64,000 nt of DNA from an uncultured Gammaproteobacteria bacterium (GCA_964413735.1 CAYPSS010000002.1:80261-144260); one strand, 5' to 3'; shown: positions 1 to 8,240, counted from the stretch's first letter. The notes: generated from the letters alone by a model not told the origin. Numbers and translations: made by a program.

Positions 1-157
1 ATTTTTTTCAAAATCGTAATCACAATGCTATCATCTTGATTCACCAAAGAATAAAGCAAATGCGCTACATCGAGTTGGGCGTGTTGATATTCAAAAGCCA
101 AGGCTTGCGCCTCTTGGATCGCTTGCTGTGATTTGGTCGTAAATTTATTCAAATCCA
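1..157 (-). CDS. Clp-family AAA+ chaperone, N-terminal fragment (Clp_N domain); gene continues beyond the window start
   Basis: The reverse complement translates as MDLNKFTTKSQQAIQEAQALAFEYQHAQLDVAHLLYSLVNQDDSIVITIL. This matches the double Clp_N repeat that opens ClpB/ClpC. A CIRCE operator and sigma70-like promoter lie immediately upstream. Confidence 0.6.
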
Positions 158-179
158 TATTTTTTATTTATTTAATAAT

Positions 180-206
180 TTAGCACTCTTGTTTAATGAC
201 TGCTAA
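180..206. promoter_or_regulatory. CIRCE-like inverted repeat (HrcA operator), overlapping the clp promoter
   Basis: TTAGCACTC-N9-GACTGCTAA versus the CIRCE consensus TTAGCACTC-N9-GAGTGCTAA: one mismatch, 9-nt spacer. It sits between a -10/-35 pair and the clp start codon. Confidence 0.6.
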
Positions 207-207
207 T

Positions 208-236
208 AATGTATCATTTTTATTTTGCGCTGTCAA
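208..236 (-). promoter_or_regulatory. Sigma70-like promoter for the clp gene (minus strand)
   Basis: On the minus strand, TTGACA (231-236) and TACATT (208-213) are separated by a 17-nt spacer. The CIRCE element follows immediately downstream. Confidence 0.45.
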
Positions 237-242
237 AATTTA

Positions 243-545
243 AAAATGCATAGGCCGTCCACAGGTGTGTGGCGGCCTATTGGTAAATCAGGCCAGTCGA
301 CGCGTATCTCGTTGGAGATAGCGCGACCGACAAGCTGAAGCCGGTGAATGACGCAAGGGAGCCTTGCGTCGAGCCGATTGCTCATTGGCATAGTGCTCCT
401 CGCTCGTGATGATCAGCCGAAAGTCCAGGCACAAATACCCACGTTGCGCATGATGGCACTGTCGGAACTTTGCACATGCCAAACAGGGGTTGGATTCCGG
501 GCGCATTTTTCACCTCCCCGCCAGAATTAAATTCCCCTTTATATC
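243..545 (-). ncRNA. GC-rich, hairpin-dense intergenic element; candidate structured ncRNA of unknown family, possibly on the minus strand
   Basis: About 55% GC against a roughly 33% background. Perfect hairpins include GACGCAAGG-GAGC-CCTTGCGTC and ATAGGCCG-N15-CGGCCTAT; the latter is followed by a U-run on the minus strand at about 243-285, giving an intrinsic-terminator shape. Only short mutually antisense ORFs are present (288..506 minus, 348..530 plus). Confidence 0.3.
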
Positions 546-649
546 AAGAAAATCAAATCAGAAAAAATTAAAAATTCCTCCGTGTTAAACCCCTTAATTT
601 CATTATACGGATAATTTTGCTATAATACAAACAAATTATCAGTTACTTT

Positions 650-1819
650 ATGTTTGATGCAAATAATAAAATTATTCTAGGAATTAAAATCAATGACCAA
701 TCGGCCATTGAAATTTTGGCGCAAATTGAAAAGTTTCGTAGCAATAATTCTTTTTCCTTGATCTTCACTCCCAATCCGGAAATTTGTCTACTGGCCAGCC
801 AAGATTCTATTTACCGCGATACGGTAAACAACGCCGACTTGCGAATTCCCGATGGCTTTGGTTTGAAAATCGGTGCTCGAATTTTAAATCAGAAACTAGA
901 ACATCGTTTGACCGGCGCTGATCTCACCGCTCAAATTTTAACCAAATATTCATCCAGCAAAATTTTTATAATCAATCGCGCTGATGGTTTGTCTTCACTT
1001 AATTTAATCAAGGAAAGTTTACAAAAAAAATTCCCACAATTACAAATAGCAGGAATCGAAGTCTTAAAAAATAATTTTGATTTAAAAATTATTGCCGAGC
1101 AAATTAATAACTATGAACCTGACCTGGTTTTTTGTACCCTTGGTGCACCAATTCAAGAAAAATTACTTTGTGATTTAAAATCGCAATATGAAATAAAGGC
1201 CCAGATCGGTTTAGCGGTGGGCGGATCATTTGATTTTTTTACGAGCAAACAAATTCGTGCCCCGAAAATTTTCCGCGCACTGGGATTAGAATGGCTTTTT
1301 CGTTTGATTAAACAACCGCGTCGAATCAACCGAATTTTTTCCGCGGTAATCAAATTTCCTTTAGCTTGTTTACACTGGAAAAACCGCATGAGAAATGAGT
1401 ATCGTCCCAATGTTATGGGAATTATTAAAAAAAATGATTTATATTTAATTCAAAACAATCCACGCTTTGGCGGTGAACATTGGCAATTTCCACAAGGCGG
1501 GATTGATCATGGAGAAAAGCCCGAGCAAGCGGTTATCCGCGAAGTGGCCGAAGAAGTGGGAATAAATGAAAATGATTTACGAATTATTAAAAAAATTCCC
1601 ATTGATTACAAATATACTTATCAAGATTGGCATAATTTATTAAACGGCTACAAAGGCCAAGAACAACAATTTTTTCTTTTGGAATACCTTGGCGATAAAA
1701 TGGAATTTCCTGGTAGTTATGAAGTTTCGCAAACAAAATGGGTTGCTAAAACGGAATTGGAGAAATATATTTTTCCCAAACGCTTGGAGTCATTGTACAA
1801 AATATTGCCATTTATTTAA
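650..1819 (+). CDS. Fusion protein: WecG/TagA/CpsF-family glycosyltransferase (N-terminal, about 250 aa) plus NUDIX hydrolase (C-terminal)
   Basis: N-terminal TagA-family motifs: FTPNPEI, ADLRIPDGFGLKIGARIL, RLTGADL, AVGGSFDFF, LGLEWLFRLIKQPRR. C-terminal canonical Nudix box: GGIDHGEKPEQAVIREVAEEVGI (G-x5-E-x7-REVxEEVGI). Confidence 0.75.
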   Translation: MFDANNKIILGIKINDQSAIEILAQIEKFRSNNSFSLIFTPNPEICLLASQDSIYRDTVNNADLRIPDGFGLKIGARILNQKLEHRLTGADLTAQILTKYSSSKIFIINRADGLSSLNLIKESLQKKFPQLQIAGIEVLKNNFDLKIIAEQINNYEPDLVFCTLGAPIQEKLLCDLKSQYEIKAQIGLAVGGSFDFFTSKQIRAPKIFRALGLEWLFRLIKQPRRINRIFSAVIKFPLACLHWKNRMRNEYRPNVMGIIKKNDLYLIQNNPRFGGEHWQFPQGGIDHGEKPEQAVIREVAEEVGINENDLRIIKKIPIDYKYTYQDWHNLLNGYKGQEQQFFLLEYLGDKMEFPGSYEVSQTKWVAKTELEKYIFPKRLESLYKILPFI

Positions 1820-1825
1820 TTAAAA

Positions 1826-1858
1826 TAAAAAATCTCTCGCATTGGAGAGTTTTTATTT
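1826..1858. terminator. Hairpin terminator between the convergent genes at 650..1819 and 1857..2456
   Basis: AAAAAATCTCTCGCATTGGAGAGTTTTTATTT: a CTCTC/GAGAG stem flanked by A and T runs, so it can act in both directions. Confidence 0.5.
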
Positions 1859-2456
1859 ACGCGTAAATCGCGTTAATGCGTTGCAAGACGCCATGTTGTT
1901 CCATGACCCAGAGCTTGTCCGACAAAGGGAAAATATTAGCCTCAGCCTTCAAGAAAGCCACACACCAGCGCACCATACCGCCGGCCTCAAAACGATAAAC
2001 GGTCTGATGACTATCCGTATCAGCCGGAAGTTTCACTTCATCAGGTTGGCAATTCTCGTCTTCAAAGAACATGATCTTGGAATCACAATCTTCAACCCGT
2101 CGCGCTGACAGGGGAATAAGGAAAAAGAAATTCTTGTGTTCCAATTTCACATGGATTCCATATACCGCTTTGGTGGCAAAAAGTTGCAATACCGGAAAGG
2201 GCGTGGTTTCCACCTGAAAATATTGCCTGGCAGGAACATCGTTTAATTGCTCCAACACTTTTTCAATTTGAAAATCTCGGAAACTGTCAGGGTGGCGCGG
2301 ATTTACAAGAACGGTTCTCTTACCATCAGCACTACGCATAACTCCGATTTCAAAGTCTTGCGTTTCAATGATTGCCATTTTCTGTGCCAAGAGTAACCGC
2401 CAAAAGTTTTTTCCCACTTCCAGAAACCGTCCGGATTGTAAAAACGTCATAGCCAT
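1857..2456 (-). CDS. Hypothetical protein in the compositionally atypical islet (about 45% GC)
   Basis: ORF 1857..2537. The start is placed at the internal Met (MAMTFLQSGRF...), which follows GGAGGTAATC-ATG. I recognise no motif. GC is clearly above the host background. Confidence 0.5.
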   Translation of the reverse strand: MAMTFLQSGRFLEVGKNFWRLLLAQKMAIIETQDFEIGVMRSADGKRTVLVNPRHPDSFRDFQIEKVLEQLNDVPARQYFQVETTPFPVLQLFATKAVYGIHVKLEHKNFFFLIPLSARRVEDCDSKIMFFEDENCQPDEVKLPADTDSHQTVYRFEAGGMVRWCVAFLKAEANIFPLSDKLWVMEQHGVLQRINAIYA

Positions 2457-2549
2457 GATTACCTCCATGTTCGCCGGTAGTGGGGGAATTATGGTAATCA
2501 TTATTATCAGCATACAATTTATTATTCCGTCCGTCAATCATAATTAGAG

Positions 2550-2619
2550 TTGTCACCCTGAGTAGCCTTTTTGTACATTGTCACCCTGAGTAACCTTTTT
2601 GTACATTGTCACCCTGAGC
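2550..2619. repeat. Tandem direct repeats, 28 bp x about 2.5 (TTGTCACCCTGAGTARCCTTTTTGTACA), followed by shorter reiterated GTCGAAGGGTG and GGGCTTC(G)ACAGCCT motifs up to about 2760
   Basis: Read directly from the sequence: copies at 2550-2577 and 2578-2605, and a partial copy at 2606-2619. There are no interspersed unique spacers, so this is not CRISPR-like. Confidence 0.85.
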
Positions 2620-2765
2620 TTGTCGAAGGGTGTCGAAGGGTGCTCGCCTCGTTTCGTGGGCGAAGCGGGTCGAAAAGGGTTGAAGTATGTATTGTTTAGT
2701 TGGGCTTCGACAGGCTCAGCCTGACAAATCGATGGGCTTCAGCCTAACACAACTACAATTTTTTT

Positions 2766-2800
2766 AAAGTGAAAAAGCAGCCCCGTTGAGACTGCTTTTC
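2766..2800 (-). terminator. Intrinsic terminator downstream of the high-GC gene
   Basis: Minus strand: AAAAGCAG-TCTCAACGGGG-CTGCTTTT followed by TCACTTT. Confidence 0.45.
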
Positions 2801-2886
2801 GTTGGAAATTTTTTGGAAGTGGATGAGGTTGTCATCACTGGGTGCTTGACGTTGCGTCAGCTTTCCCAGTGATCAGCGCACGACGT

Positions 2887-4002
2887 TCAGTCGCGCGCGC
2901 CCCACCCGTCGCGCCGGCGGTCCTTCTTGCCCCGGAAGCCACGGCGATCCCGACGGTCCTTCTTGTCCGTGACCACCAGGACCCCGTCTTCCATGGAGAA
3001 GACCCCCGCCAGCGCCGGATTCTTGAACCCGCGCTCGGAGTAGGAGGCCGCTTCGCGATCCTTGTCCAGCTTGCGCTGGACGTAGGTCCGCGTGCGCATC
3101 AGAGGCTTCACGATCATGTCCGTGAAGTCCCCCAGCTTCTCGGCCCTGTCCTCGAACCGCGGGTTGTCACGCTTCTTGAACGCGACCCAGTCGCGGTACT
3201 GGGGGAACATCAGTTCCGCCAGCACCACGGCGTGGACCCGCGGCATGATCAGGTAGACGGTCTCCCGCCTCTTGATCGTGACGACGCAGGGTTCTCCGCC
3301 CTTGGTCTTGATGAAGGGCTCATCGTTTCCCTTCACCGGTCCGTTGAGGCGCGCGCCGACCTGGGCCAGGAACTGCTCCATCGCGGTCTGGTAGACCGCG
3401 TAGGAGGACAGCTTCTCCAGCTGGTCCTGCCAGTCCTGACCACGCTGGAAGGCGTCCTTCGACGCCTCCTGCGCTTCCCGGATCTGGCCCCACACCGCCT
3501 GATGGGCGGCGTGGGCGGCCTCGAACTCGGGGGTGGCCATTTCGAACCACCCTGAGATGAGGTCAAGGCCCGCGTGAACCTTGTCGGCCAGCTGGCCGAC
3601 CGGTCCCGCCACCAGCTCGTCTTCCGACAAGCCGATCTCAGTCGCGGTCTCGACCAGCGGGGCAACCGCTCCGCGGATCTCCTCCGCCCACGCCACGCGG
3701 TTCAGGACGAACTCGGGGCTCAAGGTTTTGATGTCCTTGTTCCCCTTGGCCTTCACCCGAATTCCCCGCGCCATCGCGTGGGTCACGAACACCGCCCGCT
3801 CCTGGCCATCTTTCGTGACCAGGCCGTCGAAGTCCGTGACCAAGACCTCGGCATCGATGAGGGGGACGTCCTTGACGCCCTCGCCCTCTGCACACTGCAC
3901 CGTGATCAGTGAGAAGTTGTCCGGCTTGGCGCCGTACTTCTCGACGAACTGGGCCACGGTCATCGCCTTGCGCTCTTCGGGAACCTTCGTGATCTTCGCC
4001 AT
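2887..4002 (-). CDS. Hypothetical protein encoded by very high-GC DNA (about 65-68% GC), with an Arg-rich C-terminal tail; foreign or chimeric origin
   Basis: 371-aa ORF opening MAKITKVPEERKAMTVAQFVEKYGAK.... A GGAGG SD lies 7 nt upstream. Its high GC generates long spurious ORFs in every other frame (2842..3555, 3333..3665, 3581..4081 and others). The C terminus is RRDRRGFRGKKDRRRDGWGARD. No family recognised. Confidence 0.6.
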   Translation of the reverse strand: MAKITKVPEERKAMTVAQFVEKYGAKPDNFSLITVQCAEGEGVKDVPLIDAEVLVTDFDGLVTKDGQERAVFVTHAMARGIRVKAKGNKDIKTLSPEFVLNRVAWAEEIRGAVAPLVETATEIGLSEDELVAGPVGQLADKVHAGLDLISGWFEMATPEFEAAHAAHQAVWGQIREAQEASKDAFQRGQDWQDQLEKLSSYAVYQTAMEQFLAQVGARLNGPVKGNDEPFIKTKGGEPCVVTIKRRETVYLIMPRVHAVVLAELMFPQYRDWVAFKKRDNPRFEDRAEKLGDFTDMIVKPLMRTRTYVQRKLDKDREAASYSERGFKNPALAGVFSMEDGVLVVTDKKDRRDRRGFRGKKDRRRDGWGARD

Positions 4003-4338
4003 TTCAACACCTCCAAAAAACCTTTACAGACTAGCACTGCCCGTTAGACCACTTTTGGCCCAACTTTGGTTAGTGATATAAAATATATCTACAACCAAAG
4101 TTGGACCAATCGCGTTAAACTTTCCAAAAATATTTTAATGATCAATACGCCATTATAGCACACTATTATTATTTTGTCAATAGTCCCTGACAAATTTTAT
4201 TTAATTTGTTCTAATTTTAGACAAAATATTTTATTATTATTTCACAACAATAATCACTAACAATCATCACCAGATTGTAAATTTCTTTTAATCTGCTATA
4301 ATAATTGGCATAATAATAAACTGCTAATTTTTATAAAT

Positions 4339-5865
4339 ATGACCTCATTTACCGGGAAAATCCGCGTACGTATTGCCCCCAGCCCAACCGGCTTTATGCA
4401 TATTGGCAATTTACGAACTATTTTATATAACTACTTATTTGCGCGTCACCATGACGGTACTTTTGTCGTGCGGATAGAAGATACGGATCGCACCAGATTT
4501 GTTCCGGGTGCTATGGAAGATATGCTCCAAACCCTTACTTGGGCCGGATTGGATTATGACGAAGGTCCGTTTGTAGAAAATAACAAAATTATTGAAAAAG
4601 GAGAGTTTGGCCCCTATATTCAGTCAGAGCGGTTAGATATCTATCAAAAGCACATCAAAACCTTAATTGACAAAAATCGGGCTTATTATTGTTTTTGTGA
4701 CAAAGATCGCCTGGAAAAATTACGCGCTGAGCAAGTGGAACAAAAACTTCCACCTAAATATGACGGTCATTGTCAAGATTTAACCAAAGAAGAAATACAG
4801 GAAAAACTTAATAATAAACAACCTTTTGTCATTCGTTTCCGCATGCCGGAAAATAGGGAAGTGCTATTTGATGACGCGATTCGTGGCACGATCAAAGTTA
4901 ATAGCAATGACCTGGATGATTTTGTATTAATCAAATCTGATGGTTTTCCCACTTATCATTTTGCCGTAGTCGTTGACGATCATTTAATGAAAATTTCTCA
5001 TGTCTTGCGTGGTGAAGAGTGGATTGCCAGCACTCCAAAACATATTCTATTATATGAAGCGTTTGATTGGCATGCACCAATCTTTGCCCACTTACCGCAA
5101 ATTCTCAATAAAAACAAGAAAAAAATGAGCAAACGCGACGGCGATGTGTCGGTCAAGGACTTTATCAGCGCCGGCTATATAAAAGAAGCATTAATTAACT
5201 TTATTGCTTTACTGGGTTGGAACTCGGGAACTGAACAAGAAGTTTACTCAATTGATGAAATGATTAAGCAATTTTCCCTAGATAACATTCATAAATCAGG
5301 CGCAATTTTTGACATCGATAAGCTGGATTGGCTAAATGGTGTGTATATTCGCGACTTATCATCAGAACAATTTGCTCAATTATGCTTACCTGTCCTAATA
5401 GAGAACAATTTAATTGTTCAAAAGTCAGATAAACTTTATAACAAGGAAACCAAAGAGGAAATTACACTATCATGGCTCAGACAAGCTTGCGAACTGGAAA
5501 AGGATCGCATCAAGAAAATAACGGAAATTTCTCAGGCCTTGAAATTCATATTTATTACTCAACCGGAATACGAGGCCAAAATTTTACCTTGGAAAAAATC
5601 AGATGCCCCCTCCGCCAAGCAAATTCTCGGCCAATTACAGGAATTATTATCAACCATTGTGGAAAATGATTTTACGACTGAATACTTAAACAAAACTGTC
5701 AGTGGATTTATTGAAAAAAACAATTTAACCAATGGGGAAGTGATGTGGCCATGGCGTGTGGCACTTTCCGGCTCTGACAAATCACCCGGGCCATTTGAAA
5801 TTGCACCGGTTTTGGGCAAAGAAAAAACCTTGGCAAGAATTAAATACGCTATCAATTTACTTTAA
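4339..5865 (+). CDS. gltX: Glutamyl-tRNA synthetase
   Basis: Class I synthetase motifs: PSPTGFMHIGNLRT (HIGH-type) and KMSKRDGD (KMSKS). The overall GluRS architecture is present. Confidence 0.9.
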   Translation: MTSFTGKIRVRIAPSPTGFMHIGNLRTILYNYLFARHHDGTFVVRIEDTDRTRFVPGAMEDMLQTLTWAGLDYDEGPFVENNKIIEKGEFGPYIQSERLDIYQKHIKTLIDKNRAYYCFCDKDRLEKLRAEQVEQKLPPKYDGHCQDLTKEEIQEKLNNKQPFVIRFRMPENREVLFDDAIRGTIKVNSNDLDDFVLIKSDGFPTYHFAVVVDDHLMKISHVLRGEEWIASTPKHILLYEAFDWHAPIFAHLPQILNKNKKKMSKRDGDVSVKDFISAGYIKEALINFIALLGWNSGTEQEVYSIDEMIKQFSLDNIHKSGAIFDIDKLDWLNGVYIRDLSSEQFAQLCLPVLIENNLIVQKSDKLYNKETKEEITLSWLRQACELEKDRIKKITEISQALKFIFITQPEYEAKILPWKKSDAPSAKQILGQLQELLSTIVENDFTTEYLNKTVSGFIEKNNLTNGEVMWPWRVALSGSDKSPGPFEIAPVLGKEKTLARIKYAINLL

Positions 5866-5946
5866 ACCTTATATTTATTCACAAAAATCAGCTTAATCGC
5901 TGTTTTTTGTTTTTTCTTAAATTAAAATGTGTTATAATAAAAGTAT

Positions 5947-7167
5947 ATGAAAAACATAAACAAAATACTAAAAATTTTGCTGATTTTTATTCTTATCTAT
6001 GGCCTAAATTCTGCGGGTGATTTTTCTCGCGCGCAAGAAGGGGAGACCTATGATGAATTACAACAACAAATAGAATCAGCCAAACAGAAAATGGAAGAAT
6101 TACAGCGTCAACAAGCGGTTTATCAAAAGAACATCCGTCTCAAACAAGAAGAAGCCATGAGTTTGAAAAATGAAATTGATATTTTAGAAAACAAAATCGC
6201 GGTCGCCGAGCTTGAGTTGGATGCTACCAACCAAGAAATCAAAAAAAACGAATTGGAAATCAGACGCGCCGAACTTTCCATTATTAAACAAGAAGATGTT
6301 ATTGAAAAAAGAAAAAATGAACTGGGCGAAACACTCAGCCTGATTCATCGTAATAACAACACCTCAGCTCTGGAAATTTTTGTGTTAAACAATTCGATTT
6401 CCGATTTTTTCATTTTTGCCGAAAACACCAAAGTTTTGTCAGATACTTTGGCCGAATCACTAAAAGAGCTGAAAGACTTAAAACAAGAACTGCAAAATAA
6501 CAAAGTCGCTCTGGAAGAAAAAACCAGCCAATTAAGGGAATTGCGCGATAACTTGGAATTACAACAAGCTGAACTGGATAATCAAATCGATTATAAAGAC
6601 AATTTACTGGTAACCACCAAGCAATCAGAACAAAAATTTTATAATCTTTTTTATCAAGCCAAGCAAGAACAAGAAACCGCCAATGCTTTGATTTATGAAT
6701 TGGAAAAAAAGGCGCGAGCCGCCTTGGACAAGAAAAAGGACGGCCAACCGCAACTGACCGACAGTACGCTTATTTGGCCGGTACCCCAAAATAAAATCAC
6801 CACTGAATTTCATGATCCGGAATATCCATTTCGTTATTTGTTTGAACATCCGGCGATTGATATTCGCGCCGCTCAAGGAACAACACTTCGTGCCGCGGCT
6901 GATGGATATGTTTTGAAAGCTTGGGACGCCGGCATGGGCTACAGTTATATTGCTTTGATTCATGCTGATGGATTATCAACCGTTTACGGCCATGTAAGCA
7001 AAATTTATGTTCGTAATGATGAATATGTTTCCAAGGGGGAAGTCATTGGCCTGACCGGTGGCACACCACGCACACCGGGTGCCGGCAATTTAACCACCGG
7101 GCCACATTTACACTTTGAAGTTCGTCTTAACGGCATTCCGGTTGATCCTTTGCTCTATTTACCCTAA
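5947..7167 (+). CDS. M23-family metallopeptidase with an N-terminal signal/TM segment and a long coiled coil (EnvC-like murein hydrolase or activator)
   Basis: The C-terminal LytM/M23 domain carries HPAIDIRAAQGTTLRAAADGYV, GHVSKIYV and HLHFEVRLNGIPVDP. The N-terminal half is a heptad-rich coiled coil. Confidence 0.8.
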   Translation: MKNINKILKILLIFILIYGLNSAGDFSRAQEGETYDELQQQIESAKQKMEELQRQQAVYQKNIRLKQEEAMSLKNEIDILENKIAVAELELDATNQEIKKNELEIRRAELSIIKQEDVIEKRKNELGETLSLIHRNNNTSALEIFVLNNSISDFFIFAENTKVLSDTLAESLKELKDLKQELQNNKVALEEKTSQLRELRDNLELQQAELDNQIDYKDNLLVTTKQSEQKFYNLFYQAKQEQETANALIYELEKKARAALDKKKDGQPQLTDSTLIWPVPQNKITTEFHDPEYPFRYLFEHPAIDIRAAQGTTLRAAADGYVLKAWDAGMGYSYIALIHADGLSTVYGHVSKIYVRNDEYVSKGEVIGLTGGTPRTPGAGNLTTGPHLHFEVRLNGIPVDPLLYLP

Positions 7168-7187
7168 ACATTAAATCAACATTAAAT

Positions 7188-7218
7188 GCCCCAAATTTAC
7201 GTTCTGGGGCGTTTATTA
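7188..7218 (+). terminator. Intrinsic terminator after the M23 peptidase gene
   Basis: GCCCCAAATTTACGTTCTGGGGC followed by GTTTATTATT. Confidence 0.6.
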
Positions 7219-7231
7219 TTCATTAATCGAT

Positions 7232-7609
7232 ATGAATAAGGAAATTTCCTTTCCCGAATATATAACCAAAGTATTTGATTATACAGTCAAACATGTTTTT
7301 GGTTTGTCTGATTATGAATTTCGAATAATCAATCGTCGCACCGAAAACCAACGCATTTTAGGTTATATTAATTTTCGTAAAAAAATCATTGCTCTGGATA
7401 TTTATACCGCCAAAAAACGTGTGCCAAAAAAAATTAGTTCCTTATTACGAACCATTGCCCATGAAATTGCTCATATTCAGAAACCACCATATCGATCACG
7501 CTACAAAGGCCATTATATTATTCGCCAGCATTATCCGGCGTTTTATCGCCAAGTCAAGAAAAACCTTAAAATCATTCAAAAAGACCTTACTTTACGTATT
7601 TTCTTCTAA
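7232..7609 (+). CDS. Small putative zinc metallohydrolase (HExxH motif; SprT/DUF45-like)
   Basis: The only recognisable motif is TIAHEIAHIQ (HExxH) in a 125-aa basic protein. The family assignment is tentative. Confidence 0.35.
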   Translation: MNKEISFPEYITKVFDYTVKHVFGLSDYEFRIINRRTENQRILGYINFRKKIIALDIYTAKKRVPKKISSLLRTIAHEIAHIQKPPYRSRYKGHYIIRQHYPAFYRQVKKNLKIIQKDLTLRIFF

Positions 7610-8204
7610 AATTAGCCAAAAATTAACTAAAACAGCCTTAAATAAGCTGTTTTTCGGTATACAAAGCCAAAATAGGGTAAAAATATAATAAACTTTTCAA
7701 TAATGACTATAATTTAATAAATAATGAAAAGTATTAAGGAATAGAAATCAATTAAAATAAACATCAATGCTTTATATGAAATTAATCCTGCAGGAAAGCC
7801 TATTCTACCATAGGGAAGTCAGCGCTAAGCATAATTCAAGCGTCGCCAAATATATCTTTTACGACACGTAGTTATAGAGCACCAGAAACTCATTATTTCC
7901 CCTTATTTTAAGGATATTATGAATATCTAGATACCCTTGATATCAAATAACGCAATTTTGGGCCTTGTTTATTTCCCTAATTTAGGTTAAATATCAATAT
8001 AAACTCGAATTTTTTAAAAAATTAAATTTTCTACATTTTAAATCAATTTATCACAATGAATATTTTCTAATGTTAATTCCATACTCCCAACTCCCAACCA
8101 CTATTTCCTAATCCCTATTTCTAACCTTCTAATAACTTCTGTCACCCATTTTTCAACTATACCGATTTTTAAGTGTCGTAAAATATTGATAGAGCGGGGA
8201 AATA

Positions 8205-8239
8205 AAAAAGAGCCAAATAAATATTTACAAGCTCTTTTT
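8205..8239 (-). terminator. Intrinsic terminator for the FtsQ-like gene
   Basis: Minus strand: AAAAGAGC-TTGTAAATATTTATTTG-GCTCTTTTT. Confidence 0.55.
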
Positions 8240-8240
8240 A

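Noticed and set aside
288-530. ORFs 288..506 (minus, 72 aa) and 348..530 (plus, 60 aa)
   Set aside because: They are mutually antisense within a GC-rich hairpin-dense element. They are Arg/Cys/Ala-rich with no SD. They are better explained as a non-coding structured region.
243-545. tmRNA hypothesis for the GC-rich element (minus-strand 5' GGGGAAUUUAAUUCUGGCGGGG resembles a tmRNA start)
   Set aside because: There is no UUCGAC motif and no tRNA-like T-arm or CCA 3' end. The 3' end is an intrinsic terminator instead.
1842-2108. ORF 1842..2108 (plus, 88 aa)
   Set aside because: It is antisense to the better-supported 1857..2456 minus-strand gene and has no SD.
2550-2620. Possible CRISPR array
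   Set aside because: The repeats are directly adjacent with no unique spacers, only 2.5 copies, and no cas genes.
2842-4081. Six ORFs of 76-237 aa on both strands overlapping the 2887..4002 gene (2842..3555 plus, 3320..3550 minus, 3333..3665 minus, 3574..3912 plus, 3581..4081 plus, 3638..3895 minus)
   Set aside because: They lie in very high-GC DNA, where stop codons are rare in all frames. They are Arg/Pro/Gly-rich, mutually overlapping and have no SD. Only the 371-aa frame with a GGAGG SD and a coherent amino-acid composition is credible.
4054-4110. Inverted repeat GGCCCAACTTTGGTT-N23-AACCAAAGTTGGACC upstream of the high-GC gene, as a possible operator
   Set aside because: The symmetry is real (13/15) and it may be an operator or terminator. 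A single occurrence with a 23-nt loop gives no way to assign a function, so it is not called as a feature.
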